DNA of 64,000 nucleotides from a plasmid, in the sequence record NZ_CP033968.1. One strand, written 5' to 3'. The notes beneath the pieces were generated by a model. It was not told the origin of the DNA. It saw only the letters and a program-made list of their open reading frames with translations, and ran no database searches. Numbering within the stretch: the stretch's first letter is position 1; each line of letters begins with the position of its first letter. Shown here piece by piece: positions 29,574-39,414 of this stretch. Both the position numbers and the translations under genes were made by a program.

Positions 29574-29640
29574 GCCTCGCGGCGACTCAGGAATCTACGC
29601 GGGCACAGCCCCGCCAGTTCTTCAGGCTTGGGAACCTACT

Positions 29641-31293
29641 ATGAACAACGCTTGGAATACTCCTTGGGGAAGACGCGTGCTATCCGTCATTCTGGGGCTT
29701 ATTGGTTTCTTATTCGTAGCTGCCCCGCTCGAGGCTGCGGAATGTCGACGGGTGGGCGAAGTCTGCGTTGAAGGCGGCGGCGTTCGCAACATCGGCGGTA
29801 CCGATGTGTACCGCGACTGCTGGCGCTATCGGGATACGTTCGAGTGCAAGAAGCCGGAGTCGATTGACTATTGCGCTCCCTTCTACAACCTAGCTGGATG
29901 CTGGCAAACGTCAACCAAGTGCATCGCCGCTGCTTGGGACGGTACATGTCTGACTGAGCAGCGAACCTATCGGTGCGACGACCCGTCGATGCCGCCTCCG
30001 CCGAACACGGTTGTTCTGGACAAGACATACACGATTACTAAAGACGCGCTGGACACAAAACAGTGCGACCCGTATTCCACGAACCCACTCTGTACTCTCG
30101 CATCGCACAAGTGCGTGGAGCCGGCGGAAACCCGAGTCATCAATGGGCTGCCGGTCTACAAGTCGTGCTGGAGATGGCAAGACGACTACGCCTGTATTGA
30201 CCCCACTCCCAAGAACGACTGCCAGGAGTACATCGACAAGGGATGCAAGAAGCTTGACGAAGTGTGCATCGAAAGCACTGATCCTGTCGGATGCGTGATG
30301 AAGCAAATCACATACAAGTGTGTGACCAAGGAAGGCCAGACAACGACAGGCGAGGATTGCAGTGGACGTACCTCGTGCTATGACGGGACCTGCTGGGACA
30401 CCGGATACCCTGGGGATGACGACTTCGCACGCGTGGTAGCCGGAAAGGAGGCCGCCCGAGAAGCCGGTGTCTATGGTGCGGAGTCGAACAACTTCTTCAA
30501 GGGAGTGGCCGAATCGTGCCGGAAGGGCTTCGGTGGATTGAAGAACTGCTGCAAGACCGACCCCGGGGCCAAGTCCAACAACACGATCATGATGCAGGCC
30601 GCGGGAGGTGCCGTTAAGTTCGGCGCAAAGTACGCGTTCGACTACATGTACAAGAGTAGCGAATGGATACAGGCCGGCATGAGTGCACTCGGCTACGACG
30701 GTATCGAGATGGCATCGAACTTTGGTGCTTCCTTTGGAATGTATGGGGTCTCCTACACGGTCGGGGGAGCGGCCCTCGCCGCCGGTGAGACGACCACAGG
30801 CATGTTTGGTCAGACTATCTATGGTCTTGGAAATGGCTTCGCCTTCGACCCGTACTCGTTTGCCGCTGCAATTGCTATCCAGATAGTCATGGAGCTCATG
30901 TCGTGCGAGCAGGACGAGATGCAATTGGGCATGCACCGTGGTGCGCACCTCTGCCACTTCGTAGGCTCGTACTGCTCGAATAAGGTGATGGGGGTGTGCC
31001 TTGAGACCAAGGAGGCGTATTGCTGCTACAACTCCAAACTGGCAAAGATCATCAATGAGCAAGGCAAACCCCAGATCGGCAAGGGGTGGGGGACTCCAGA
31101 GAGTCCGAACTGCGAAGGGTTCACCACCGCCGAGTTCCAGCAGATCGACTTCTCTGCAATCGACATGAGTGAGTTTGTCGGAGACATCATGGCCGCAACT
31201 GAGCTGCCGAACATCGACGATATCCAGAAAAGAATGAGCGAGAAGATGAAGGACATCACGACCAACCCGACCATCCCCGTGACCAATCACTAA
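29641..31293 (+). CDS. traN: mating-pair stabilization protein TraN (Cys-rich)
   Basis: signal peptide; >30 Cys with spacing typical of F TraN, conserved C-terminal CCYNSKLAKIINEQG..QIGKGWG block. Confidence 0.65.
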   Translation: MNNAWNTPWGRRVLSVILGLIGFLFVAAPLEAAECRRVGEVCVEGGGVRNIGGTDVYRDCWRYRDTFECKKPESIDYCAPFYNLAGCWQTSTKCIAAAWDGTCLTEQRTYRCDDPSMPPPPNTVVLDKTYTITKDALDTKQCDPYSTNPLCTLASHKCVEPAETRVINGLPVYKSCWRWQDDYACIDPTPKNDCQEYIDKGCKKLDEVCIESTDPVGCVMKQITYKCVTKEGQTTTGEDCSGRTSCYDGTCWDTGYPGDDDFARVVAGKEAAREAGVYGAESNNFFKGVAESCRKGFGGLKNCCKTDPGAKSNNTIMMQAAGGAVKFGAKYAFDYMYKSSEWIQAGMSALGYDGIEMASNFGASFGMYGVSYTVGGAALAAGETTTGMFGQTIYGLGNGFAFDPYSFAAAIAIQIVMELMSCEQDEMQLGMHRGAHLCHFVGSYCSNKVMGVCLETKEAYCCYNSKLAKIINEQGKPQIGKGWGTPESPNCEGFTTAEFQQIDFSAIDMSEFVGDIMAATELPNIDDIQKRMSEKMKDITTNPTIPVTNH

Positions 31294-31305
31294 GCACCCT
31301 TTCAG

Positions 31306-31330
31306 GCCCGGAGCAATCCGGGCATTTTTC
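31306..31330 (+). terminator. rho-independent terminator after traN
   Basis: gcccggagcaatccgggc + attttt. Confidence 0.6.
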
Positions 31331-31464
31331 TGGAGCAGGCTTATTTTCGTACGTACGGCCGCCTGCCAGCCGCCACCCGCGCCTTAGATGCTCGCGTGCC
31401 GCATATCGGTACGTCAGGACATCCTTCAAAGCCTGGCATTCCATCAACATCAGAGGAGTGCAGT

Positions 31465-31881
31465 ATGAAGACCGGAGAATGGGTGGGTGCGGGACACTGG
31501 GCCAACCGTTTTTCACATCCGCGCGATTGGGGGAAACCGCTACTGGGCCGCATCCTCGACCCAGCCGATCGCCGTGTTTGGAGCAACTCGTTCGAGTTCC
31601 CCGTTGCTTCTCCCGACGGCGCAGCGGTTATGTCGTTGGTATTGAAGCAACAGGCTGCGGGACTGCTCGACGACAAGGTTCCGATCGAGTGGCATTTCGA
31701 CAACAACCTGCGGATCATCCGTTGGGAGCTTTTGGTCAATTTGCGCACGGCCAAAGATGAGCACATCTACTACAACGCCATCAAATCGCAACGACTTGAC
31801 GAAATTAACCATCGCCGTACGAAGCGACGCCCACTTAGCGAATTCCTGCCGAACGGGAGCATTCATCTCGCGCACGCATGA
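31465..31881 (+). CDS. hypothetical protein
   Basis: AGGAG SD before ATG; partial GGTACG box upstream (31403-31418). Confidence 0.4.
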   Translation: MKTGEWVGAGHWANRFSHPRDWGKPLLGRILDPADRRVWSNSFEFPVASPDGAAVMSLVLKQQAAGLLDDKVPIEWHFDNNLRIIRWELLVNLRTAKDEHIYYNAIKSQRLDEINHRRTKRRPLSEFLPNGSIHLAHA

Positions 31882-31900
31882 GAACACGCACAGCAACTGC

Positions 31901-31935
31901 CATGCCCCGTGACGAAGTCACGGGGCATTTTCTTT
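31901..31935 (+). terminator. rho-independent terminator
   Basis: atgccccgtgacgaagtcacggggcat + tttctttg. Confidence 0.65.
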
Positions 31936-32010
31936 GTGGAACCGCTAAACTTCAGCCATGCTAGTATGTGTACGTGTTGAGTCTCTATATTGCAGATTAT
32001 CCATAAGGCC

Positions 32011-33927
32011 ATGACCACCGAGAAACTTGGACGGTTGTCGCGTCTTGGCTTCCGATCGCTCCCTGAGTGTTTGCTTTCGGCACCGCGCGAGTACCGCGAC
32101 TACCTTGAGCCTCTTTACGTCTTGCCGATCCCTGATACGGGACACAACCACTACCTCGTGCTAACACTCACAGAGGTGTGCTTGCTTGATGCCGCACAGC
32201 AACAAACGACGCGGTGGAAAGACGCCACTAGGCTGGCAGTTCGGGGGGTAGATGGTCGTGGCGACGGCGTATCCATTGTTATCATCGGGGCGGTCTGGCC
32301 GTGGAAAGCATTTCAGCCTGGCGACGAGCTACACCTGTACGGTGAGTTGAAAACGGGCTGGCGAGGCAGCCGCGAGTTGTTGAATCCGCACATTGTTCCG
32401 GAGGGCGATCGCGGAAAGATCATCCCCATGTACATGGGCAAGCCGGGGCAGGTGAAGGGGGAAGCTCTTGCAAAAGCGGTGCATGAAGCACTTCCGCGCC
32501 TGAATGAGGCCTCCTGTTTGCTGCTGGAGCAGGCTGGCATGCGTGAAACGGATTTCCGGGCTGCTGCCGGCTACCACGATCCGGCAGACCTGCTCAGAGA
32601 TCTGCACGCGCCGGCGTCAGTGCGGGAAGGTATTGCCGCCGTCCAGGCCGCGCACCGATTGGCCTTGCGCGCTGTTCTGAATAAGGCGATCCGCAATCAA
32701 TCCCAGAAACCTGTTTCAGGTTCGTCGATCGCCCTCGACCGGGGCAAGGTTGCAGATCTGATTGGCAAGCTTCCGTACGAGCTGACACCCGGGCAGCACA
32801 AGGGTATCGATGACATCGTCTCGGATCTGCGCTCGCCATTTCCGATGCGCCGATTACTCTCCGGCGATGTCGGCACCGGCAAATCGGTCACCTACATGGT
32901 GCCCGCAGTGGCTGCATATCAGGAGGGTGCCCAAGTAGCCATCATTGCCCCGAGCCAGATCCTCGTTCACCAGCTAGCCAGCGAGCTGCGGGAATTCTTC
33001 CCCGGCATCCCCGTCTGCTCGCTCGTGTCTGGCTCGAAACTGGAGGAGGGCATCATCGTTGGAACCACCGCGGTCATCACCGCGGCAAAGGGCGCCTCCC
33101 TCATCTTTGACCTGGTAGTTGCTGATGAGCAGCAGCGGTTCTCGGTCGGCCAGAAGAACAGCCTGTTGGCCGACCACACGAATCTGCTAGAGGCAACTGC
33201 GACTGCGATACCTCGTACCATGGCGCTGATCCAGTTCGGCGGCACCGCGGTATCGATCCTCCGCGAGTCGCCTGTCAAGAAGAAGATAGTGACCCGGATT
33301 GTCCATCGCAAGGATGGGGCTAGACTGTTCGATTTCGTCCACCATCAAATTCGCCAAGGCGGACAGGCCGCGATCATCTACCCGATGGCAGAAGACAGGG
33401 GTGATGGCGAAAGGAACTCAGTGGAGGCAGCGTATGTCCGATTCCGCGCAAAGTGGGGCGATCGGGTCGGTATGGTCCACGGCGGCTTAACTGACAGCGA
33501 CAAGACAGAAGTTATTGCTAAAATGAAGGCCGGCGCCATCGATGTACTTGTTAGTTCAACGGTCATCGAGGTCGGGGTCACGCTACCATCGCTTCGTGTT
33601 GTGGTTGTAGTGAATCCTGATCGGTTTGGGTTGTCACCGCTTCACCAACTACGTGGCCGCCTGGCGCGCAAAGGCGGCGAAGGGTACTTCTTCCTGTATC
33701 TCCCGGAGGAACCAGACGCCGCTGCCATGGACCGATTGCGGCAACTGGTCGAGTGCAATGACGGATTTGCTCTTGCGGAACGCGATGCCGATCTCCGTGG
33801 CTTCGGTGATGTTGACAGCGATGGGGGCGCGCAGACTGGGAGCTCCCGGCTTCTTTTCTGGGGCGTGACCTTGGACCGAAAGGAAATTGAAAGCGGCGCA
33901 AGGAATCTAGGCTTGGTTACTGAGTAG
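32011..33927 (+). CDS. RecG-like ATP-dependent DNA helicase
   Basis: Walker A GDVGTGKS, DEQQ box VVADEQQRFSVGQK (cf. RecG DEQHRFGV), helicase C-terminal motifs; N-terminal ~250 aa extra domain. Confidence 0.7.
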   Translation: MTTEKLGRLSRLGFRSLPECLLSAPREYRDYLEPLYVLPIPDTGHNHYLVLTLTEVCLLDAAQQQTTRWKDATRLAVRGVDGRGDGVSIVIIGAVWPWKAFQPGDELHLYGELKTGWRGSRELLNPHIVPEGDRGKIIPMYMGKPGQVKGEALAKAVHEALPRLNEASCLLLEQAGMRETDFRAAAGYHDPADLLRDLHAPASVREGIAAVQAAHRLALRAVLNKAIRNQSQKPVSGSSIALDRGKVADLIGKLPYELTPGQHKGIDDIVSDLRSPFPMRRLLSGDVGTGKSVTYMVPAVAAYQEGAQVAIIAPSQILVHQLASELREFFPGIPVCSLVSGSKLEEGIIVGTTAVITAAKGASLIFDLVVADEQQRFSVGQKNSLLADHTNLLEATATAIPRTMALIQFGGTAVSILRESPVKKKIVTRIVHRKDGARLFDFVHHQIRQGGQAAIIYPMAEDRGDGERNSVEAAYVRFRAKWGDRVGMVHGGLTDSDKTEVIAKMKAGAIDVLVSSTVIEVGVTLPSLRVVVVVNPDRFGLSPLHQLRGRLARKGGEGYFFLYLPEEPDAAAMDRLRQLVECNDGFALAERDADLRGFGDVDSDGGAQTGSSRLLFWGVTLDRKEIESGARNLGLVTE

Positions 33928-33946
33928 CGTATGTGAGAGGGATTGA

Positions 33947-34516
33947 TTGGCTAAGGCAACACCGCTACCGGTCAAGGTGGCGATCTATCATCGGATCATC
34001 TCTGGTGACATTTCTCGCGTGGTAGCAAAGGACTTCCGGATCAGCCAGCCGACGGCCCTGAAGTACGCGAACGATGTCATTGAGAAACTTAGGGGGCTCA
34101 GCGAGATAGAGTCGACCCCCAGCCTTCGCACATTCCTCGCACGGTCGCTCAAAACCCAGTCCTTTCAGTATGCGGATGCGCCTGATGTCAAGGCCCTGCT
34201 GGAACCCATCCTGCAGCCGTACCTCGCCGACGCCGAGAACATCGACTATGCAGAGCGCGAGGGCGCGGATCACGCTTTGTCGACCCGCGTCAGTCCCACC
34301 ACTTTCGAGCGATTCCAGGTAATTGTCGGACAAATGGCAGTTGAGAGGCCCGACATCACACCGTCTGCGCACTTGCGGGAGATCATTGAGGCTTACTGCG
34401 AACAGGGGATCGTTCCTGCTCCGACGGTCTCGATTTCCGACCCGAAACAGGCGCGAGATACCATCGTGAACGCCGTTACGGACCTGCTTCGCGACCTTGG
34501 GTACACGGGCTTGTAA
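33947..34516 (+). CDS. hypothetical protein with N-terminal HTH-like segment
   Basis: ISRVVAKDFRISQPTALKYAN resembles an HTH. Confidence 0.4.
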   Translation: MAKATPLPVKVAIYHRIISGDISRVVAKDFRISQPTALKYANDVIEKLRGLSEIESTPSLRTFLARSLKTQSFQYADAPDVKALLEPILQPYLADAENIDYAEREGADHALSTRVSPTTFERFQVIVGQMAVERPDITPSAHLREIIEAYCEQGIVPAPTVSISDPKQARDTIVNAVTDLLRDLGYTGL

Positions 34517-34694
34517 GCCGGCTCCTCATTGATACGGCCACCAGAGCCGTACCGTGCCCCGTTCCCCGTCCCAGTTCCATCTCTGTCGCGCATTCCCCCA
34601 GCAGAGCGCGTGCCTTCTGTCTCCCTGTCCGTCATCTCCCTGAGCAAGGAACGCCCGCACCTAGCGGACATTCAACTCAACTCAGGAGATCGAC

Positions 34695-36485
34695 ATGGAT
34701 CAAACTCAGCCGCGCGTATCTATGCGCCATCTGCATTTGTACGCGCATTTGCTGCTGGCAGAGGCCAAGCAAAACGGAAAATCGGTCCGACTCGAGTGGG
34801 CGAACATCCCCACCGCGTCGATTGGCCCTGATCCGGCAAATCCGGGAGGTCTGGTACTGCGGCTGTCGCAAATGGCAGCGGTCGGTACCGAAGAGGATGC
34901 GACCCTACTGCGGGCACTGATCTCTCATGAGATCGTCTGCCACGGCCACCACACGGACTTCACCGTAGTTCCGCCCAGCAATCTCGCGGGTCAACTGGCC
35001 AACATCCTTGAAGACCCCCGCGGCGAGCTACTTGGCGCCAAGAAGTTTCCCGGGTCAAAGAAGGTGATACGCGAGGGGATTGAGATTCTGGTCGATCGCA
35101 AGGTCTTCCAGGGGCCTCAAGACAGTAGCGATACACCCGCCGCGGTCCTGGCCGGTTGGCTCGTAACTGAATTGCGCTCGGAGCTCCTAGACCAGGACTG
35201 CCTTCGTCAATTCGCCACCGACTTCCGGGCCCGTGCCATCAAGCATTTCGGCACGAAGCTGACCGGCCAGGTCAAAGCCGTTGCGTTGCAAGGCGCGACA
35301 GCACGCGATACTCAAGGTGCGATTCAAGCTAGCATCCGCATCCTCGAGCTGCTGAAGCTTGCAGCGGATAACAAGCCTGACTCTCAAGGTGGGGAACAAC
35401 AATCCGGCTCGCCGCAAGACAACCAAGATGCCGGCGATCCCTCCGGGCAGACATCTGGCCAACAAGACTCAGAGGACGGTTCCGAGCCGGGAGGCTATGA
35501 ACCTTCTCACAATGAGCTGGCCGAGGCCGTCAATGCCGTTCTGACAGCAAGCCCCGGTGACCTGGGCAGCTATGGCAAGGGGCTCGAAGAAGTACTCAGC
35601 GAGGCCAACGAAGCGATCCAGGAAGCCCAAAGCGCCGGAGGTAGCAGTCATACGTCAGAGTTGAACGAGCACAGCGCCCCTGCCAATGGTGGCTCATTGG
35701 AGAACCGCTCGCGTTTACGTTCTGCTGCGAGGACTACAGCTTCGGCATTGTCCCTGCGGTTGCAGGACCTTCTTGAGGCCTTCGCCGCCGCCACGCGTCG
35801 GAGTTGCTCGAGCGGTAAGCTTCGTTCAAATCGGGTGTGGCGAGTGCCGCTGGGTGATACCCAAGTGTTCCGTCACAAGACCCGACACGACGAGCTGGAC
35901 ACTTGTGTCTATCTTCTCGGCGATGAATCCGGCTCAATGGATGAACCCTTTGACTCGGAGCGAGCTCCGCATCTCCACGCTGCGGCGCACAAGCCATCGG
36001 CTCAAGATCAGATCCAGGCCCACAAGGTCGATCGCAAGGACGCTGCTGGCCGGGTCATTGTTGCAGCAGGGGAGGTGCTTGACGGCGCTGACATTCCCTT
36101 CGGCTTGGCGACCTATAGCGAATCGGTTCGCGAGTGGAAAGGCTTCGAGGGTGACTGGTCGTCTACGCTTCAGCGGTTCCGCCCTGAAGCCACCGGTAGC
36201 ACCAACACGCATCTCGCAGTCGTATGGGCGCTCAGGAAGTTCATTGGGCGTAGCGAAGCGCGAAAGGTGCTGACCGTGGTCACCGATGGTGATCCAGGCG
36301 ATCGAGACATCCTTGAGGCCGCGCTTCGCGAAGCTGCGCAGTTCGGTGTTGAGGTGCGATTCGTCCTGATCGGCGCGGAGCACGTGGCTAAATTCCACGG
36401 TCTCTCCGCTACCTACGGTGTGGCGAACAACGTCCGTGAGCTTGCAACTGCTGTCTTCAGTTCTCTCGAAGCTGCAATTTGCTAA
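34695..36485 (+). CDS. VWA-domain protein (CobT-like) with acidic low-complexity linker
   Basis: MIDAS-like CVYLLGDESGSMD, later T-x-x-D; central Q/S/D/G-rich linker; pairs with downstream AAA ATPase. Confidence 0.65.
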   Translation: MDQTQPRVSMRHLHLYAHLLLAEAKQNGKSVRLEWANIPTASIGPDPANPGGLVLRLSQMAAVGTEEDATLLRALISHEIVCHGHHTDFTVVPPSNLAGQLANILEDPRGELLGAKKFPGSKKVIREGIEILVDRKVFQGPQDSSDTPAAVLAGWLVTELRSELLDQDCLRQFATDFRARAIKHFGTKLTGQVKAVALQGATARDTQGAIQASIRILELLKLAADNKPDSQGGEQQSGSPQDNQDAGDPSGQTSGQQDSEDGSEPGGYEPSHNELAEAVNAVLTASPGDLGSYGKGLEEVLSEANEAIQEAQSAGGSSHTSELNEHSAPANGGSLENRSRLRSAARTTASALSLRLQDLLEAFAAATRRSCSSGKLRSNRVWRVPLGDTQVFRHKTRHDELDTCVYLLGDESGSMDEPFDSERAPHLHAAAHKPSAQDQIQAHKVDRKDAAGRVIVAAGEVLDGADIPFGLATYSESVREWKGFEGDWSSTLQRFRPEATGSTNTHLAVVWALRKFIGRSEARKVLTVVTDGDPGDRDILEAALREAAQFGVEVRFVLIGAEHVAKFHGLSATYGVANNVRELATAVFSSLEAAIC

Positions 36486-36490
36486 TCCCA

Positions 36491-36526
36491 CAGCCCCAGT
36501 GACTTCTGTCCTGGGGCTTTTTCTTT
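36491..36526 (+). terminator. rho-independent terminator after VWA gene
   Basis: gccccagtgacttctgtcctggggc + tttttctttg. Confidence 0.6.
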
Positions 36527-36607
36527 GGCCGACGGCTGCCGACACAGTAAGGCGCGATCGACGCGAGCGTTTGTCTGACTTCCAGTCCTCTGTGACTCAT
36601 ATCTGAG

Positions 36608-36657
36608 CGCCAGGCCTTTGCAAGAGGCCGTCAAACCCACCTCTCAGGAGAAACATG
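36608..36657 (+). promoter_or_regulatory. conserved hairpin-containing 5' leader (copy 1)
   Basis: gccaggcctttgcaagaggcc...tcaggagaaacATG; nearly identical to 39364-39414. Confidence 0.4.
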
Positions 36658-37770
36658 ATGGAAGCAGCAGCAATTGAAAGAAAGTCGATCGACGCAGTCT
36701 TCGGTGTTGATGGCGGCGCTTTCCGCGCTCACGGCTCGCAATCGACGACCACCATCCGTGTCTTCGCAGCCAACGACGACACACCAGACGTCATTGAAGG
36801 TTTTGCATTCCAGCCCGATACCCTCCGCCGAATCCTCGTCTGGATGGCGTCGGGAGCCCTGCCGAACAACTTCACCAAGGCGACGATGAAGCGCAACCTG
36901 TTGATCTACGGACCGACAGGATGTGGCAAAACGGCACTGATCTCGCAGGTTTGTGCTCGGACGGGACGATCCATGTTCCGCTACCAGTGCAGTGAAGACT
37001 CCGAGGCAACCCAGCTCTTCGGCACGTACAAGCTCTGCAAAGTGCCGCAGAATGCGGAACGGCAGGAAGTGGAAGCCGAAGCGTCTGCAGCACCTCAACA
37101 GGCGTCGGCTCTCTCGGCGACCCCTGAAATGGTGTTCGTGGATGGTCCGGTTCTCCGCTGGGCGCGCACGCCGAACTCGATTCTTCTGCTTGACGAGTTC
37201 GACCAGCTTCCGCCATCGGTTGCAATGAGCATGAACGGAGTCCTGGACGGTGACGACATTCTTGTTCCGGAGACGGGGGAGCGAGTCAAGATCGCAGCCG
37301 GTTGTCTGATTGTGGCCACTGGCAACACCAACGGACGAGGTTCGGCTGGCGGCAACGGCGGCTCCGCGTCACTCTACAAAGGTGTGAAGCGACAGAACAT
37401 CGCCAGCCTTGACCGATTCTTCGTTGTCAATGCCACGTACCTGTCCGTCGAGGAAGAGATTGCACTTCTTCAGGACCAGGTCGGCATGCCGGAGACGGCG
37501 GCAACGGCAATGGCGAAGTTGGCCAGCAGCTTGCGTAGCCGGTTTGTTGGGCTCAATGAGGATGCTGGTGCCAATGGGGAACCGCTCGAGTTCACCATCA
37601 CCACTCGCAACCTCTTGAACTGGGGTCTGACGCACCGCCTGCTTATGGCAACGGGCCTGGACAGCACCAACGCATTCAAGGAAGGGCTTAGCATGACGCT
37701 GCTCGACTTCGGTACGGGCGCAGAACGCAAAGCAGTCCTCGACGCATGGGAGAACATCATCGGCGAGTAG
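36655..37770 (+). CDS. AAA+ ATPase, CobS/MoxR-like
   Basis: Walker A LIYGPTGCGKTALI, Walker B LLLDEFDQ; sensor region; pairs with VWA protein. Confidence 0.75.
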   Translation: MMEAAAIERKSIDAVFGVDGGAFRAHGSQSTTTIRVFAANDDTPDVIEGFAFQPDTLRRILVWMASGALPNNFTKATMKRNLLIYGPTGCGKTALISQVCARTGRSMFRYQCSEDSEATQLFGTYKLCKVPQNAERQEVEAEASAAPQQASALSATPEMVFVDGPVLRWARTPNSILLLDEFDQLPPSVAMSMNGVLDGDDILVPETGERVKIAAGCLIVATGNTNGRGSAGGNGGSASLYKGVKRQNIASLDRFFVVNATYLSVEEEIALLQDQVGMPETAATAMAKLASSLRSRFVGLNEDAGANGEPLEFTITTRNLLNWGLTHRLLMATGLDSTNAFKEGLSMTLLDFGTGAERKAVLDAWENIIGE

Positions 37771-37844
37771 CTCCAGATCAACCCCACGACACCCTCGGCT
37801 TTGCTGGGGGTGTTTTTCTTTTGTGGACACTTCGATCGAGCGGA

Positions 37845-37893
37845 AAAGAAAAACCCCCTCAGGTGAGCATAGTCACATGAGGGGGGTGGTTGG
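37845..37893. terminator. bidirectional terminator hairpin
   Basis: aaaaaccccctca...tgagggggg hairpin with A-run on plus and T-run on minus. Confidence 0.5.
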
Positions 37894-38089
37894 GCGCTTC
37901 TCTTTGGGGAGGACAAGTTATTGATATTGGCCTCCGTTACTGGACCACACGAGATTGTCCCTCGCGCGATTTTCGCTTTACAGTAATTCCGACATAGCAT
38001 GTCAACAGGGCGAGGCCTGTGATCAGGCCTGCCAGTAGTATCTGCGCAGCACTCATTTCCTATTCCCCAAGAGTACGCTGACTACGTTA

Positions 38090-38302
38090 CTACTCGTCGT
38101 CCTTCAACAGCCACAACGCTACAGCGTTGAAGCCGACGAAGAGGACGCTTCCGAGCACCGCAAACACAACGTCGGAAGAGGTAAGGGCTGCCCCCTTGAC
38201 CATCTTTTCTGCGGCACCAAAGCCAAACAGACCGAACGTTGCGAAAGACAGGTTCTTCAGCAAGTCAGCGAGAAAGCCCAGTACAGCACGGTTTTTCGCC
38301 AT
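38090..38302 (-). CDS. small membrane protein (70 aa)
   Basis: AAGGAAGG SD 6 nt before ATG; two hydrophobic helices; internal start of track ORF 38090..38701. Confidence 0.4.
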   Translation of the reverse strand: MAKNRAVLGFLADLLKNLSFATFGLFGFGAAEKMVKGAALTSSDVVFAVLGSVLFVGFNAVALWLLKDDE

Positions 38303-38574
38303 GATGGAGCCTTCCTTGTTGATACAAATGTCTTCCCGCGAGACGGTTACGCATAAACACCTAGCGACGGGTTGTGTAGCTTTCGGCCGCACACACCTAG
38401 GTTTCTCTTTGCGGGTGAGAGATGGTGAACAGCCGTCGATAATCTTTCGGTAGCCAGTACGCAAGCTGCAGCGCAGCCGCGCCGGCGCCGCCGCGGTATT
38501 CCGACGCAGGATCGGAGCGGCAAAAGAACAGCCCCTCGCTGGCGAACCAGGAGGGGCTTGAGGGGGATGTTTGA

Positions 38575-39183
38575 TCAGGCGTACTTCGCAGCTTTGGCAG
38601 CAAACGCAGCTCGCCCCGTTTCGGAGTGCCAAGTACCGCGTTCGAGGAGTTCCGCGGCTCCAGCTGCAGTGCTGCTCTGAAGCCACCCGCAATGCTTGCA
38701 AGCGAAGTCGGGCTTGCCCGGTTCAGAAACGGCGACCTGGGTGAACTCGCGCTCCGCGAAGTCTTCGTCCGCGCACGCCATCGTTATGGTGGCCCCGCGC
38801 GTGTCGACTCGCGTTGTTTCGGCCGCCAGTTGATGGACCAGAGATCGAACAAGTTCCGCTTCGCTGGCCATACTGATCCCCGCAATGCCCAAGCGCTGCT
38901 CGTCAGCACTCGTTGTACTGAACATGTACCGGATCTCGCTCCCGTGCTTGAAGCAGGACACGAAGAACTGCCCTTGCCTTTCATCCGTTACAACAAACGC
39001 GAACGGCTGGCGATCAATGCCTAACAACAGGATGCCGTTCGGCCTCCGCTGATAGAAACCAGCCTGGCCCCCGACGGGCTCGGCCTGCAACGCACCGTAT
39101 TGGCGTCCATTCAAGTCAAGGGCAGGGGAGGGGCCACCAATGCCGGCCTTCTGCTGCGTAGCTGTGCGAGCGCATTCGTCCAT
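38575..39183 (-). CDS. hypothetical protein
   Basis: AAGGAG SD before ATG; terminator hairpin downstream (38533-38561). Confidence 0.45.
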   Translation of the reverse strand: MDECARTATQQKAGIGGPSPALDLNGRQYGALQAEPVGGQAGFYQRRPNGILLLGIDRQPFAFVVTDERQGQFFVSCFKHGSEIRYMFSTTSADEQRLGIAGISMASEAELVRSLVHQLAAETTRVDTRGATITMACADEDFAEREFTQVAVSEPGKPDFACKHCGWLQSSTAAGAAELLERGTWHSETGRAAFAAKAAKYA

Positions 39184-39363
39184 GGTTTCTCCTTTGAAAT
39201 GTGAAGAGTTACTGATGTCCGGGAATGCGTAACACGGCTCTAGAACGCGATTCGTCTGGCCAGAAACGTCCTCCTACCCCCCCACCACCTGCAACGACCA
39301 TCGACAACAAACCCTCGCTAGTTGCGACCGTCAGTTACTTCCCCCTGTCCGGCATATCGAAGA

Positions 39364-39414
39364 GCCAGGCCTGTGCAAGGGGCCTGTTTCGTCTAACTTC
39401 AGGAGATACACATG
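39364..39414 (+). promoter_or_regulatory. conserved hairpin-containing 5' leader (copy 2)
   Basis: gccaggcctgtgcaaggggcctg...tcaggagatacacATG. Confidence 0.4.

Noticed and set aside
29911-31290. 459-aa minus-strand ORF antisense to traN
   Set aside because: Opposite strand of the Cys-rich TraN gene; GC-rich frame artefact
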